The notes below the pieces were generated by a model, which saw only the letters and a program-made list of their open reading frames with translations, was not told the DNA's origin and did no database searches. Positions 62,150 through 64,000 of a stretch of 64,000 bases of DNA are shown piece after piece. How positions within the stretch are numbered: position 1 is the stretch's first letter; every line of letters begins with the position of its first letter. Origin of the DNA: Isurus oxyrinchus (Eukaryota); the NCBI GenBank assembly GCA_026770705.1, contig JANJGN010000004.1, positions 101,990,001 through 102,054,000 of the forward strand, given 5' to 3'. The translations under genes were made by a program, and so were the position numbers.

Positions 62150-64000
62150 CCAGATCAGTAAACATAAACAAAATATTACACAACAGAAGATCACCCATGA
62201 CCAGTCCCTCTTGGCAGCGGCATTTGAAGGCAGCCTGCTGACTCTGGTGTCTCGTTGGCCTTGATGACCTTGGCAGTCGTCCTCTGGCCAGTAGAGCCTG
62301 TGTTGGCCCAACCTGGGAGGGAGCGGCCAGTGCAATGGCTCCCCAGTCATCGCCGCCTTATCAGATGCCACGGTCGCTGGCAGAGGGGCAGAGGAGCTGC
62401 TGCTGTCATTCAGGACACCCTGAGTGCAGCCTGCAGAGATGACGGGCAGCTCATGTGCCAACATGAAGTCTCTCTGGACCTCCTTGCTCGCCATTGATGG
62501 ATAGGCACCTCACTGGAATACTGAGTACCTCATCTCTCTCCCACATTGGCACTGACCACTTGAGGTCATTGCCTGTGTGAGGGTTAGCAGGTCCAAAGGC
62601 AACCCCAGGAACCTTAATTCTGTCCCTAGAGCTGCCTCTCCATGAGAGTCACCACTCTCTCAATGACCCTTGGCCATGACAGTCAATGCGGTGCTCATGC
62701 TCCGTGCAGACTCCTCCACAACAGAGACAATGACACGCATACCCTCATGAATCTCTGCCAGATCCTCCCACAGATCTCACTGGACATCCAACATCTGCCT
62801 TCTAATGGACCACTCCAGCGGCTCATCATCTGCCTTCAACTGAGCATCATCCTGGTCTCAGCAGACCTCCAACTACCGGCGTCCTGGGCACACTCTGCCT
62901 CTGCCTGCTCCTCAAGTGAGTGTGAAGTGCCCTCACCGCTGTGCCCAGACATTCTAGCTGAGTGTCTAATGCCCATTGAGATGCTGGGATCTGCACTGGT
63001 CCTGGTTCAGAGAGCGGGTGTGACGCAAGTGCATGTGAAGCCTGGCAGTCCTCTGGCATCAGGGGTCACTCTTCGGGGTTCTGAAATTGTCTGTGCTGGC
63101 AAATCTAAGGAAGAACAACGACATGTCATTGGTTAAAGTCATAACACTGTCACTGTGCATGCCAGGCACCCTGGTGAGACAATGGAGAATTGCATCATGG
63201 CGCCTTCATCTTTCAATGATCAATGGGGACTCCAGGTTTGAGGCTCCCATCAATGATGAGACTACACAAGAACATTTGAACCATCTGAAACTCTCACCTC
63301 TGTGCACTGCACTCTTAACTTCCTCTGACACCTCAGCCTCTCTGCGATTGGTTGACCAAGACATCCTGCTCAAATCTGGATAAGATTAGGAGGTTTGGAG
63401 GCCTCCACCTGTCTGCACCTTTCAATGCTGTTATGGGTCGCCTTCTCCTGAAAGGACTGAGGAGCATGGATTAATCCACTCTCTTCCTGCAGTGCCATTG
63501 CAGCCTGGCCAACACCACCTTGCAGGGCACATCCGTGTCATTGCCCTTGAGCTGCAAAGCATGGAATCCAACAGCTAAGGCCCCCTTGGCCATCTCCAGC
63601 ATCATTGACAGTGAGCACTCAGACCCTAACGTGCCTGAGCTCCAGGGGGTCGGGGAGAGGGGGTGGCCAGCCCTTAACATTTCACCACACTGATCCATGC
63701 CAGCACGTGACTCACCCTTCCCGAGCACAGCACGTTATTGAACCTCTTGCGGCACTGCACCCATGTGCGCCACACCACGTCATGGCTGCTGGCCTGCGCT
63801 GCCACCTCCTCCCAAGCTCTTTTTGTTAGCAGTGGCCTCCTCTTTCCATCTCTGGGGACAATGATGCCCCTCTTGGCAGCCACCCACTCAAGGAGGACCA
63901 CAAGGCAATCATTAGAAAACTGGGGGTGGGGTGGGTGGGTGGCAAGTGCCCACCCAACCTGCCTTCCTGCCTGGCATCTCCAGCCATACTTGAGGCCATA
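62150..64000 (-). pseudogene. Harbinger Myb/SANT-like gene (3 exons)
   Basis: Exon 1 ends at 63716 (AWEEVAAQASSHDVVWRTWVQCRKRFNN; GTGAGT donor). Exon 2 starts at 63447 (CTTTCAG acceptor, EKATHN). Exon 3 is homologous to 17049-17988. Confidence 0.8.

Larger units (their letters stand above)
60153..64000 (+). mobile_element. PIF/Harbinger transposon, runs off the window end
   Basis: TIR GGGCAGAATTTT at 60153; colinear with 15006-19405. Confidence 0.9.

Overview
Eukaryotic, repeat-saturated non-coding DNA (gene desert or large intron). The repeat families point to a cartilaginous fish (shark); this is an inference. I found no host protein-coding exon that I can support, and almost all ORF-track hits are decayed transposon frames, antisense frames or low-complexity frames. 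Main contents: (1) At least eight pieces of Penelope-like retroelements (PLEs) from two families with GIY-YIG endonuclease remnants. Their pseudo-LTRs (pLTRs) carry minimal type-I hammerhead ribozymes, and three insertions have inverted pLTRs. The youngest subfamily has a non-canonical hammerhead core (CUG-U/C-N-GA instead of CUGANGA) in all four copies. One inversion creates an ATG-started 232-aa Zn-finger/GIY-YIG ORF. (2) A CR1/L2-group LINE family whose two long copies both start with a tRNA-derived A/B-box head running almost directly into the APE domain, with no room for ORF1. (3) Two large PIF/Harbinger transposons (DDE transposase plus a convergent spliced Myb/SANT gene, both pseudogenised), four older Harbinger remnants and derived MITEs. 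(4) Solo LTRs, Gypsy gag-like remnants, CR1 and L2 fragments, old SINEs and G/C-rich minisatellites. Boundaries were read by eye and are approximate unless a TSD or TIR is quoted.
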